From Adineta vaga (lineage: Eukaryota; Animalia; Rotifera): DNA of 64,000 nt. Where the stretch lies: NCBI GenBank assembly GCA_021613535.1, contig CP075493.1, positions 4,092,001 to 4,156,000 of the forward strand, given 5' to 3'. Position 1 is the first letter of the stretch. Each line of letters opens with the position of its first letter. The position numbers and the translations under genes are program-made. Under the pieces are notes generated by a model. That model worked only from the letters and a program-made list of their open reading frames with translations. It did no database searches and was not told the DNA's origin. Below, in pieces: positions 40,428 through 53,390 of the stretch.

Positions 40428-43400
40428 GAGGAAGAATCATTTGATTTGATTGTAGTGAATGATCATGAAATCTATGAAACAAACGAAAATTTAATTAACT
40501 CTTACTATTTTCTCAATCGTTGTTATTTTACTTACTCTTGTTTAACAATAAGGCCTGTATTTGTCATACTTGTTTGTGATAAAATTGATGCTGTATTTGT
40601 TGTATGTAAACCAGTTGATTCCATCATTTCTCTAGCTAAATTATTAATAATTTGCTTTGAATTATCATTAACATTTGTTGCCATAACAACAAGATTTGAT
40701 GTTGGTGTAGCTAATGGTACTTGAGAATTAGTGACATGATGTGGAATTGACGTCGAAGTGATCATAGCCGTTTGATGAGATTGTATAACTTGAACAGAAG
40801 TATTTGTATTTGTGATTGAAGGATTTTGATTTGTTGGATTTGCATTATTAAGGAGATCCACAGCTACATGAAAAAATTTTTTTTTAATTCTCTAAATTCT
40901 CTAAATTTCAAATTACCTTGTAAATCATTATGTGTTTCAGGATGTTCAATAAATTCTAGAAAATCTTCAATATCTGTTGGACCACCTACTAAAATGAATA
41001 AATAAATAAATGAATAAACAGATTATTTTCTACTGAGAATTTTATATCTGACTTACAAAGTGGTAACATTGGATCTTGTGTTGTTTTTGATGTATTCATC
41101 ATATATTCGACAAAATTACAAAATTCTTCATTATCAAGAATGGCTTCTATTGATAAAACGAGAAAATATTGAGCAAAAGATAATTCTCATTAGCTTACGC
41201 ATATCATTTTCATCATCAGTTGCTGTAATGGGAGGTGGTTGAATTGAACTAGTTGGTATTGGTACAGGTGGAACAGATGGTTGACGTTGTTCTTCTTTTG
41301 TACCTAATGCTAATTTTGTTGCTCGTTTAATGACAAAACGATTGATTGTATCATGATCTAATTTAATTGTATAATCATTATTATTATTATTATTAGTTGT
41401 ATTCATAGCTGTTGTTTGTTCATTCAATTGTAGGGGAACAATAGGAACATGATGTTGAGCCATGAGACGAATTTTTTCTGCAAGATCACTACCAAAAAAA
41501 GCTTCTTGCATTTCTGGTGGCATATGTTCTTCGAGAACACTCTTCTTTTTCAATGGACGACGATCACGTTTACGTTTTATCGTTGATGATTCATCATGAA
41601 TATTATCATCTTGTCCAAAATCAGTTGTGGATGATGATGGATCTTGTCGACGACGTTGTCCACGAATTTTCACATGAAAACCACCAATACCTAACGAATA
41701 AGAAAACAATTGATCGTATACTTCTGAAATCATTCATTCATTCGTTCGTTTTTTTCCTTACCATTATATCCTTTAGCAGCTTTGGTAGTTGGCACTGTTG
41801 CTATTGCTTTTTTCGTTCCTTCATCATCACTAGTTCCACTACCACCACCTGTAGCACTATTTCCTAACATTTCATCATCTTGAATAGAACTAGAATTATT
41901 CCGTTTTACTCCACCCGTAATATAGTTTGCTAATCCACCACGTTTGGATTTTGCATTACTTGTAATAGCAATAGTAGTCGCTGCTTTTTTCGGTAATGGT
42001 TTTACACGTACGGATTTCAATTGTGCTAAGCCAGTATCAGTTAAATAAACACCTTCGTCTAATTTTGTTGGTTTTGGTGTTGGTAACTGTGGTTGAGATG
42101 TTATCAATTGGTTTGATGTCGATAAATTTGTTGCAACAACTAACAAAGGTGCTTGATCCGATGGTGAAGAAGATTTCGGTGATGATAACGATGGTAACAT
42201 TTCATTTGTTGATGTTAATAATGCATTTGGTCGACATAATGAACAAATAAAATCACCTGCATTTGATATAGTTGAATCTTCTGATAAGATATGTTCACAT
42301 GAATCATGTAACCAACGATCACATACAGTACATTGAACAATCAATTCGTCTGTACGATATGGTTTTGAACAAACTGGACACATAACAAGTGAATGACAGG
42401 GTGCACATTCAGTATAATTATTTTCCCATAAACAACAAGAACCTGGTGGACCTGGATTTGTTGTACCACATTTGAGACAACGAACACACCTAAATTAGAA
42501 GAAGAATTTTTTTAAGAAAAAAAACAAATTGTTTCTACACTTGAGGAAGAGTATAACCTTCCTGATGATCTGAAGGCCTCCGAAGAATGCAGAATGTTTG
42601 TCTACTATCCCTCACTAAAGGTAGAGAGCCATCTATAGTTGAAGATTGTGCCCTCCATAGGATATGAGGCTATTAATCAGATTCGAACCGTGAACCTTTG
42701 ATTCTCAATGTCTTTAACGAATTCGATTAGATTTTGTTCGTCATCTTACCATTGACATTTCCAATTGCCTTTAGGAACTTGATCAAGCGGCGGTTGTAGA
42801 CAATATGTATGATAAGATATATCACAATCATCGCATAATAATAAACGAGATTCATCAGTAGGTTTTCCACAACCTTCACATACAGTACAATCTAAACATC
42901 GCCAACCTTGTTTCAATATAACTTTTGATAACTACAAGAAAATACCATAATCATATTGAAAAATAAAAAAAGGTTTCGTATTACTTTAATTGATCCAGCA
43001 CAATATGAATGATATGATTGACCACATTGTGTACATGAAATAAGACGTCCTTCTTCATCTAAACCAAAACTACCGCAGCTAACACACATATCTTGTCCCA
43101 ACGTGTACAATTCATCCGATGCACAAAGAACTGTGACAGCATGATGTTCATCATCATCACGTTTCACTGCTCCAACTGTATATGAACTGCCTGTACTTCC
43201 ACCACTTGTATTTAGTACATTCATTTGTATAATTGTTGTTTCATCAGTATTCTAATATAAATATTTTATTGAAAAAGAATATATTTCATTTCATTAAATC
43301 GAAATAATCTTACAGCTGATTGTACTGGAAGATCTTTCCGTATTTTTGGTGGTCGACCACGACAACCAGTTCCAGTAGTAGTACCGGTACGTGGTTGATT

Positions 43401-45355
43401 ACTTGTTGTCGGTTGAGTCGTCGCAGTTAACGAAGATTGAGGTGAAGATGCTCGACGATGACCATTATTTAATGCCTAGAGAAAAAAAAAGACTGTTTGA
43501 AACGAAAAGAAAACATCAAACGAATAAATTTCATACTCGTCTTGCACGTTTTTTACTAATCTCTCCGCCATAAGTACGATTTTCAAAAACCGGTTTTCCT
43601 TTGCCAGATTTTTGACTTGTTTGTGTACGTAAAGATTTCATTGGTTGTTGAAATACAGGTTGATCATCATCTTCTTGCTTAATCGGCATATTCATTGTCG
43701 TTGCCATAGGTAAATCCATTGAATGCTCTGACGATTCATCTTTAATACCAGATAAAGATTCAAATATTAACGGCATGTCGTGTTGTTGTCTATTTGTTGT
43801 TGGTGTTGTCATTTCACTACTATCACCACCACCTGGTGTATATTCAAGAGATGATTGTTGACTATAATCAATACTATGACGTTTACGTGTTGATATACCA
43901 CTAGCTGGTGAATTTCCTGGTGAATTCTGTACAAAAAGAATGATTATTACGATTGAAATCTGAGAAATTCTATATTTAAGATAACTTACATTTGATTTTT
44001 GTGATTTACTAATACATCGATTGATTTTTGAAACGGATGTTGATCGATAAATTTCCTTTTGATCATCATCATCATCGCCATCATCCATCGGTATACTTGT
44101 TGATGAGGATATTGAACATGTTCGACATATATAAGCTGTATCATCATCATAATAATCATCATTTATTGAATGACATATTGAATGTATTCGTGTTTGACAT
44201 GAATGACATTGTCGTGTACTTTGTTTTGATAAGATTTCATTTTGACATAAGGAACAAATAGTTTTCGTTGACGAATTCTTATTTGTTATTGATAAACAAC
44301 TGGAACAACTCCAACCATCTTTGGGTATTGATTGATTTCGTAAACAAAATGTATGATAACCTTTATCACAAACATTACACATAATCATTTCAGCATCATC
44401 ACCCGATTGTCGACATGTTTGACAAATTTTACAATCAGGACAACGCCAACCTGTTCGAACAACACGATTAGCTTCAAGCATTAGACATTCAGCATGATAA
44501 TGTTTATCACAATTTGTACAGAATAATTGTCCACGAACATCGCCTGGCTCTGAACATGCTTCACATGATGATGATTCCACATCAACTGTAATATAAGAAA
44601 GAAGAAAGACTATCTTTCATAGATTTTCAAGAACGAATTTGATCACTTACACATCGAAACAACCGAATCTACATGTTGTGGACAAAGAAATGCTGATTGA
44701 GAATGAGAAAAAAAACAACCAGCTGATTGAGCACATGGTAAATGAAATTTCAATGAACATGTTTCATTCCGACAGGAAAGCGATGCGCCATAACGATCAC
44801 ATATTGTACATTTCTAAGATATAAAAATAAAACTCATGATCCTATCGAACTATATAAGAGATCTAACTCTGAATGTTTTGTAAAACGAAGAGAAACTCTT
44901 TTTTTCATACGAGAAAAACATTCTATCTACCTGATTCGCAGCATTGATAACAGTCGTACGAATAAGATTATGATCATTGATTTTATCACCATCTATTGAT
45001 GACCATTTTAAACATCGTTCATGTACCCAAAAATCTCTATTAGGTACGACATCTGATGATGATTGAAAACCTACACTGAATAATTCCGAATCAACTGGAA
45101 CAATAATTTTTCCAGTTTCTAATATAAAATTATTTTTTTTATCATTTGGAATATCTCTGAATAAAGAGAGAAAGAGAAAAATAAGTTAACATATGATCAA
45201 TTTATTTACTCAAGATTTCGAGACGTTGAACGAATTATTGATTGGGATTGTTCTGTAGGAGAAGAAATTAAAATTAAATCACCTTGACCAAGACTACATT
45301 GTGATGGACAATTACAAAATAAACAAATTGGGAGATGATTTGAAGAGGAAGTCAT
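35847..45355 (-). CDS. KMT2C/D (MLL3/4) N-terminal-half protein: PHD clusters, HMG box, polyQ and coiled coil, no SET domain (Lpt/cmi-like)
   Basis: Starts MTSSSNHLPICLFCNC....SLGQGDL (ePHD). Two PHD clusters (GWRCPDCKICQTC; QDMCVSCGSFG...EGRLISC.QCGQ.YH). Also GIGGF, QEAFFG and the HMG box ATMSNVLYCNVNHPDLKQQFP|DF..R.KQ..KIWRK. The last exon ends NIADELEQ-TGA at 35847-35849. Confidence 0.88.
40377..40428. repeat. CAA/CAG trinucleotide tract encoding polyQ (further tracts near 37140-37178, 37645-37670, 38817-38837)
   Basis: Visible (ttg/ctg)n runs inside KMT2-like exons. Confidence 0.9.
42527..42710 (-). ncRNA. Candidate intronic box H/ACA sno/scaRNA
   Basis: GC-richer insert in an unusually long 260-nt intron (42490-42749), on the sense strand of the host gene. 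It has an H box AGACAA (42603-42598), a 3' hairpin (UUCUGCAUU/AGUGUAGAA lower stem, GCCUUC/GAAGGU upper stem, internal pocket) and ACA (42532-42530) immediately after. Confidence 0.6.
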
Positions 45356-45698
45356 TGAATGATTGAAGAGAAAATAAGAAAAAAATAGACTGAATTATAT
45401 TGAATGACAATTATATAGAATAGTGGTGGCAATTGAAATCATTTGACATAACCACCCTAGAAAAAAAATGCAAATTAGAAAGAGAGAAAGAGATTAACAT
45501 GTCAATTAACTTACACTGTTCATATGAGCCTCATTTTATTCTCATTTGCAAGCAAAACAAAAAGAAAACAGGTTTTAAAAGAGAATTAATAATAGAACAA
45601 GAGACAAGATCTAGAAAAAGAAGAGAAAAATCATTCAAGCATACGATTAGTTTCATGTCGAAAGAGAGATTCACTTAAGAAAACAAAGAAGAACAACG

Positions 45699-45818
45699 GC
45701 GGCCATTTTCCGACGTTTATCCTTTACTCCGGAACGAGGCGGAGGAGAGAAAGAACAACGACCAATGGTCAATCAATTTCTACCAATACACAACTTGACA
45801 TTCAGTAGATGGCGCTAG
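45699..45818. promoter_or_regulatory. Putative housekeeping promoter/boundary upstream of the KMT2-like gene (YY1-like, ETS-like, CCAAT, CTCF-like motifs)
   Basis: Local GC-rich island with GCGGCCATTTT (45699-45709), CCGGAA (45729-45734), two CCAAT and TCAGTAGATGGCGCTAG (45802-45818). Confidence 0.5.
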
Positions 45819-45911
45819 CTTACAATACGTTTTCTTTTCCATAGATTTTCTTTATTTATAAATATGAAAAATACAAATATTTATTTGAAAAAAAAAAGAA
45901 ACTTTATAGAT

Positions 45912-46196
45912 TCAATGTTTTAAGCAGCCAGATGGTGCACATGAATTTTTGCAACGTGGATTGCTAACGACAGCATTCAATGTTGTTGTACAATCATTTT
46001 TCGTATTTTGTGCACAAGCACCATCGTTTTGACAAGCTCGCCAAGCTGTCCAAACGCAACAATTACACGAACGACAATTGGAATCATTTTGACATCCTTT
46101 AATTCGATTGATATATCCGAGTCGATTACAATCTGCCATTGTGGAATGAATAACAAGTAATGCAATCAAACCAATAAGAATAAGACGAGAATGCAT
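45912..46196 (-). CDS. Small secreted 12-Cys peptide
   Basis: Signal MHSRLILIGLIALLVIHSTMA, mature region with 12 Cys, single exon, TATA-like TATATAAG ~75 nt upstream. Confidence 0.75.
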   Translation of the reverse strand: MHSRLILIGLIALLVIHSTMADCNRLGYINRIKGCQNDSNCRSCNCCVWTAWRACQNDGACAQNTKNDCTTTLNAVVSNPRCKNSCAPSGCLKH

Positions 46197-46922
46197 TTTG
46201 AAAGTGAAAGTATATAGTTATAATATGTTTCGAAGAAATGTTATTTTGAATGAAGAAATCAATTCGCTTATATAGTTTATATTGTATTGAGTGGGCGTGT
46301 AAATCTTTAGTACAATTATAATATTAGTAATTATAAATGGCGTCGAAGAAAAAAATAAAACGCTACTAAAATACGCAAAAGAAGTACGATTAAAATTGAC
46401 AAATATATGACAAAAATAATTGATTTATAAAATTGCACTTAGTTACTCCTTCGATATCAACAATTATTGACACAAGTTTAATCATGAGTATATTTTATCA
46501 TTGATTATTCTAAAGTGCATACTTATGTACTTGTTGACTGTTCTGCAATTGACTGGCTATACAGATTATAAATAAGATCATAGTCTTTTATCACAAAATT
46601 AACTTTCATACAAGTCAACAGTAGAGTTATTTCTAACAAAGAAAACCAGATGTATTTCCTATTGAATTCATTCTTTTGTTCATTCATAATTCATATCATA
46701 ATGATCTTAATTATCATATGATGGATGATATCTACTTTATAATCTTCATTCATCTAAATACACTTTCATTTCATTGAAAGAAAAGAAATGATACGAAGAG
46801 TACATTGTCACGGTCCTATATAAATAGACACACCTCTCAGTAGTTCATATCATTGAACAAAAGCAACGAACATTAACCTAAAGATATTCAAACATTCTCA
46901 TATATTCTTAACAAAGAATAGG

Positions 46923-48481
46923 ATGCATTATTTACTCATATCTCTACTTTGGATATTATCTAGTAAGAAAAGTTCTTTCTAAATAATAAAAATCTTGAAT
47001 TCTTTTAATTTAACAGCTGTGTTTGCTAATCCAACAATTCGTTCGTCATCAAAATGTTCGGTAAATTCATGTACAAATTTATCTATAAACAATTGTATTT
47101 CAAACGAAGTTACATGTTTTAACTATCAAACTCATGATGGTCTAACATATTGTGCTCCTGCAAGTTCATGTGAATTATTAGAATCATGTGATGACAATCA
47201 TCGTTGTACATCAAATACATCAATATGTATTGCTAATTCTTGTTGTGCTCAATCTATTTGTTTACCATTAGTTTTGGTTGAATTATGTTCACCAACTGAT
47301 TCACTCACAACACAAAGTAAAACATTCTTTTATGCAAAGTCGAATTTTATTTTCATATATGTGTGCTGTTTTTCAGAGATAGATGTCTATACAACTGCGA
47401 CAAGATCAAGTACAACAGAGAAAGTTGTTTTAATTGGTAATCTTTCTTTTTATTTTCAAAAAAAATATGAGAATAATTCTATTTAGAAGATTCAGAAACT
47501 TCTGCTGAACTAATTATTACAACGGAAACTAGTTCATCCGATGAAAACAAAGATGATTATCACGATCGATCGACAAATATACGTAATTCTTCAGTATTGA
47601 ATGAAGTAGTATTTAATTTGTCTGGAAAAATCTGTTCAACAGCATCTTGGAATCCTATTGGAATAACAGTTGCATCATTTCCATCTGTTCTTGTCGAGGA
47701 TTTCTTTGTTAATCAATATGATGAAATCTATATTCCAGATAATCAAAATCATTTGATTCGAAAATATAATTCAAATAATGATGGTCAATGGATTGCTGCA
47801 ACTTCATCTGATTTTCTCAACGATCCAACGGCAATATTTGTTGATTTGGATGAAAATATTTACATCTGGGATAGAAAAAATTTTCGTGTTTATCTTTGGT
47901 CAACGAAGACAAACAGTAGTCGAATAATTCTTTCATTTGATAATTGTAAGAAATCTATTGATTTCAATCAAATTTGCCTTGGAACATCATTATTTGTCGA
48001 TACCAATCATTCAATATATTTATCCGAAAGTTCAAAGAAATATTTTCATGCAAATCGTGTTATGAAATTCGAAGTCAATAGTACCATTGGTCGAGTTATT
48101 GCTGGAACTTATACAACTGGATCAGAGAGTAAACAACTTAATTCGCCACGAACAATCTTTACTAATTCAAAAGGAATATTATACGTTGCTGATATAGACA
48201 ATTCACGTATACAACGATTTATTTCAGGTAATCGAAATGGAACAACGGCATTGTCAATTAAACATTTAACAGATTTTCTCATCGATGAAAATGAAAATTA
48301 TTTCATTTTAATTCAATCGAAAAATCTCATACAAAGAATCGACAATAACTCTCGAGAGAATATCATTACTAATCTCAATCAACCAATACGAATGCATTTT
48401 GGTAAAGATGGATCTATTTATGTTCTCAATAAAGGTAATCAAACCATACAAAAATTTCAAATTCAGAATAATATCTGTTAA
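46923..48481 (+). CDS. Secreted protein: Cys-rich N-terminus, Thr-rich linker, NHL beta-propeller
   Basis: TATA at ~46817, signal exon MHYLLISLLWILS, C...C..NSCC....C.P cluster, WNPIGITVA and LYVADIDNSRIQRF motifs. Confidence 0.8.
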
Positions 48482-48711
48482 TTGCTATGATACAAGAATA
48501 GATGTCATCCGTTTTCTTTTATGTCAATCAACACGTAATGTTAGCATTTTAGATGATCTTTTCTCTTTCATAATAAATTTAATTCTAATCAAGCTAATAG
48601 TCATGTTAGTTTTATCCGAAGTTTAATGAAATATTTGTTCCTTTTTTATTCATAAAATTAACAATTAAATAGTTATTTATGGCCTTCATATTGCATATTT
48701 GACTGACATGG

Positions 48712-49738
48712 TTATTGATTTTGTGGAAAAACAAGATGATCTCTTGGACAGCATACATGTTTCCATTGTTTCCAACATTTTTTTATTAGAACAGATTTTA
48801 CTTGTCGACGAAAACGAGATGAAAGTATTAGAAAAGCATAAAAGCTGACCTAGAAATAAAAGGATATAATATATCATTTCAATAAAAACTTGAAAGTTTA
48901 CCGAAAAGTTTAAAGAAATTAAAGAAGTAAATATAGTTTGTAACAATTGTTCAATCGCAAATTCCATTGTTTTCGTTCGCGAAATTGAAGTATTTAAAGA
49001 ATAAATTCGAAAACTAGTATGAGGTATTCCAAGACAAACAAAAATAATCACACGTGTAAAAACAATTGCTGTCGTTTGTCGATCTAAACGACGACGAATA
49101 ATTGAACTACGTCGTTGAATTATCCGACGAACATTACGAAAAGCTAAGAAACTAAAAAATGATGAGAGAAGAATCGGTAATAAACCAAGTAGAATAGGAT
49201 AAACGAAATATGTCACATATTGATGATAGATATAATTCGAAATAACACATCCAACGATTGGTTGAATATCAAAAAAACATCCGAATAGAATACTATGACC
49301 AATCCAAAGACTGACGAATATATAAGTAAACGATCGAGCTAATTTTACTGTACATAATTGTCGAAGATAAAGACAATGATTCGTGGAAAAATATTGATCG
49401 ACTGCTAAACAACAAATCATTGAATAAGAAATGAATAGAAATGCTTGTGCAAAGATAAATCGAAGTTTACACCAAATAAGAAAAGATTCGGTTGCATCAT
49501 CAGTATAAATCCAAATGAAAATATTCAAACTAATAACATAGAATAGAAATAAAATGTCCGAAATAGATTCAATAGTTAAATAAAATGCACATTGATTTCG
49601 ACGAAAGAGTTTTAATTGAGTAAAAACAAGAATATTTAATAGATTACCAAAAATTCCAAAGAAAACAATGATACCACCACTGTATAGGGAATATTTAGTA
49701 ATGTAATTGAATAAATCCGTCGGTATGGATATATTCAT
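48712..49738 (-). CDS. Rhodopsin-like GPCR (one intron in TM7)
   Basis: GIFGNLLN, WCKLR, VDQY. Splicing at ~48901-48850 restores SFYAFLILSSRFRRQV with a stop at 48712-48714. Confidence 0.82.
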
Positions 49739-50436
49739 GATTATAAAATGCTAGCGACATCAAATCTTTTATCTTTTACCTTTGGGAAAATGAGATTTTT
49801 CTCTATTCATTATTTATTTTGAAAGAACATTGATTATATCCTTTCTTTTCATTCATTTTCCAAGGAAATAGAATGAATCTTATTTGTTAAAAACTTTTTT
49901 ACTGAATTGTTTCTTTCAACAATAATTAATCGTATTCATCCATTTCTTTATTTCAATTCAAGGATTATGGATTGTCTTATCAAAATAGATTTAGCTTGTC
50001 GACAGAAAAGTAAACTATACCATATGATTAACATTGAAATATCTCACGTCTTTGGAAAACTAGACAATCTATAAGATAAAGACTTTTATAATTCAGATCT
50101 ATTGATTACATTCTTATGATTTTATTTCTTTGTATTTTGCTCCTTATTCTTCGAATAAAAAAAAAACAATATCTGTTCAAATCAGATTACTTTTTCAGCA
50201 GTTGATCACAATGATTTTTGCGAAAAACGATTCTCGATTGCAAATGATATAAAATATCATATCTACACAACTCATGCATATTATTTCGATTCAGAGAAAA
50301 TCGTCAATGACATATTTTTACGTCATATTTGCTCACAACCTATCGCTTATATAGAACGCGTGTTTAATCAACCGAATCTTTACTCATTTCTATTTTACAT
50401 GCACATATACATTTTCATAAACGTACATAAAATATC

Positions 50437-51389
50437 ATGCTCAAGCAAATATCACCAAAAGGACCCGATCCAGTGACGTATTCATGGTTTCTCTGTGGTT
50501 CTCCATGGCCAGTAGTATTTATAACATTGGCTTATCTTATTTCAATTCCATTGGGTAAACGATGGATGACAAAACGATCGGGATCATTCAATCTTCAAGT
50601 ACCCATTGTTCTCTATAACCTAGCAGCTGTTGTCGTCAATGCTTATGTTATTTTCTTAGCATTTGAAACAATCACTTCGAAACCATATCGTATTTATTGT
50701 CAACGTGTAATGCATGGTTCAGAAGATCTTCCACTATCAAAAGCTGTTTGGTGGTATTATCTTTCCAAAGCTTTCGAATTTTGGGATACATGGTTTTTTA
50801 TTTTGAACAGAAAATTCACTCATATTAGTATTCTTCATATCTATCATCATGCCACAATGTTTCCTATATGGTATCTTGCTACGTTAGTAATGAATTGACT
50901 AGAAAAGAGTTTTATTTATTCTTGTTTTTATTTAGACGATATACACCTGGTGGTGAAGTTGCATTACCTGTAATTGTTAATGCATGTGTTCATGTTGTTA
51001 TGTATTCTTATTATGGTTTAGCTGCTATGCATATACAACGTAAAAATTTAGCTCGAGTTAAACTTTTCGTAACAATTATGCAAGTAAGAATTCATTGAGT
51101 CTCTTCGATACATATTTTCATTTGGATTGTTTAGATCAGTCAATTTATTGCTGCAGCTATTGGTTGTATGTTCCGTTTTCATGCTATGTTCGTTAAAAAC
51201 GATAAATCCTGTTATGATTTTCCCCTTCTCTTTGTTCTAATATTTCTTGCACATTCAACATCGTTATTATTTCTTTTTCTAAATTATTTCTTTCAAGAAT
51301 ATATTTGGAAACGAAATACAAAACGTCATGAATCGTTGAAAAATTCAAAGAAGAAAAATGGTTACATCGCAACTGATAAAAATGAATAG
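50437..51389 (+). CDS. Fatty-acid elongase (ELOVL/GNS1-SUR4 family)
   Basis: WWYYLSKAFEFWDT.FF, HIYHH histidine box, NACVHVVMYSYYGL and T..QI.QF; two introns. Confidence 0.93.
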
Positions 51390-51651
51390 ACAAATCTGGA
51401 ATTCTTTTTTCTTAATTAGAATACTTTTTCTTCTTATTCTTCTTTTTTCTTTCAAATAAAACAAAATCGTAGTAGAAAATTGATTGTTAAAAATTAGTTT
51501 TGATCATTCTATCGAAGAAGAAAAAAGAACACGAGAGTGCATTTAAATGTTTGATAAGATGATATATATATACACGTCTATTTATTCGTTAGATAAGATT
51601 GAAGTGTTTTAATATTATTTTAAAAGAATAAAAACCATATTCGTTAGGTAA

Positions 51652-53248
51652 ATGGCTACAACAAATATGAATGATGTTGAATTAAAGAATTTCATGTATT
51701 ATTCTGATCTTATTGAAGAACCATTAAAAACATTGCCATCTATTTATGGATATGAACAAATGTCCTTAGTAACCCTTGAAGAAGCAATTCAACCATTAGT
51801 TTCAATTGTACCTGATATAAAACAAATGCTTTGTAGAATCAATGAAAATTCTCGAGAAATTCGTGATGGTTTAACTGAAAATGAATCAGCATCGATTATG
51901 TTATATTCAATGGATTGGCAACCGAAGGAACAATCATTTCATCTTCTACTTAATCGAACTTTATGTGATGAAAATCGTGAAAGATTAAAACCATGGTTTC
52001 TCTATTTAAAATTATTTATGCAATCATTACTAAAACTTCCATCTATACATTGTTATGTTTATCGTGGTGTACAAACAAATTTAAGTCATGAATATTCACA
52101 AGGAAAAGTTTTCACATGGTGGGGATTTTCATTATGTACTCAATCAATTGAATTATTCGATACTGAACAAAATTGTCAAAAAACACGATTGAAAATTGAA
52201 TGTAAATCGGCTAAAGATATACGAAATCATATATTTCATTCAACAAATAATACAATTCTTTTATTATCTTCACAAACGTATAAAGTTCGATCAAATCTTG
52301 ATGCCGGAAATGGTTTATATATAATTCAAATTAAAGAAATCGAATCGTCTTCATCTTTACAATCAAATAATGAACATAAATCATCGTTTAGTTTATCATT
52401 AAGTCAAAGAAAATCTTCTATCAATATATCAATTCGTGATGCATCATTTTGTTCGGTAGTTTTAAAATTAACTGTAAGATTAGAAAAAAACTTTCTTAAA
52501 TGAAAACTGAAAAAATATCTTTTCTTCTCTCGGCTTTTAGGGCTCATCATCTACTCATCATAATCCACATTTAGAAGATCTCTTAGCTCTTTGTAAACCA
52601 AATACAATCATTGATTTATCCGTACACGAATTAACTGATCAAGATATGTCAATAATCATTCAACGAGCTATGATTGATAAAAAATGTACCGGTCTTTATT
52701 TAACTGGAAATCAATTTTCTTGTCAAAGTGTATCGATTCTTTCGGATGCCTTATATCATAATTTTACTCTGATGGAATTAGATCTATCTGATAATTATAT
52801 ATCGGATAATGGTGTAAAAAGTCTTATCAATGTTCTTCTGACAAATAAAACCAATCTAAAAAAACTTCATCTTGGTTCCAATCAAATAACTGATCAAGGT
52901 GTTCAATATCTATCAGAAATGTTGAAGACAAATCATTCATTAACAAATTTAATGTTAAATCGTAATCAAATTACAAATTATGGTGTACATATTTTATCAA
53001 ATGTTTTAGCTTTACATAATATTTCATTAGAAGTTCTATCACTTGCATCGAATTTTTCTATTACAGATCAATGTATTGAAGCATTAATTATTATGCTTAA
53101 ACACAATGAAACATTGAAAGCTTTAGATATGAAATATTGTCAAATATCAGAACAAAATAATCAACGTCTTCAACAAATCATTCAAACAAAGAATAATTTT
53201 CAATTTTTTTTCACAACGAAACAAGAAAATAGTTGTATTTTATTATAG
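51652..53248 (+). CDS. ART (degenerate) + RI/NLRC3-type LRR protein with C-terminal CaaX
   Basis: GYEQMSLVTLEEAI.PL, DGLTENESASIMLYSM, KPWFLYLKLF, VYRGV, WWGFSLCT. An intron at ~52474-52540 joins the LRR exon, which ends SCILL-stop. Confidence 0.82.
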
Positions 53249-53390
53249 AAACATGTTAAAAGAAATAAAATATTCATGCTATGAAAGAAAAAGAACAAAC
53301 AGGTGTGACCTTTATCGTTGAGGGTATATGCAAAAGAATATATAAATACAAGAATGAATCATTCACATTTTTATTTCTTTTCTATACAAT

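Noticed and set aside
42527-42710. Intronic RNA as telomerase RNA, U17/snR30 or hammerhead ribozyme
   Set aside because: There is no template complementary to a TGTGGG-type repeat. The AUAUCCUA and AAACAU segments are imperfect U17 m1/m2 matches in the wrong position relative to ACA. The plus-strand CTGATGA lacks a following stem-GAAA core.
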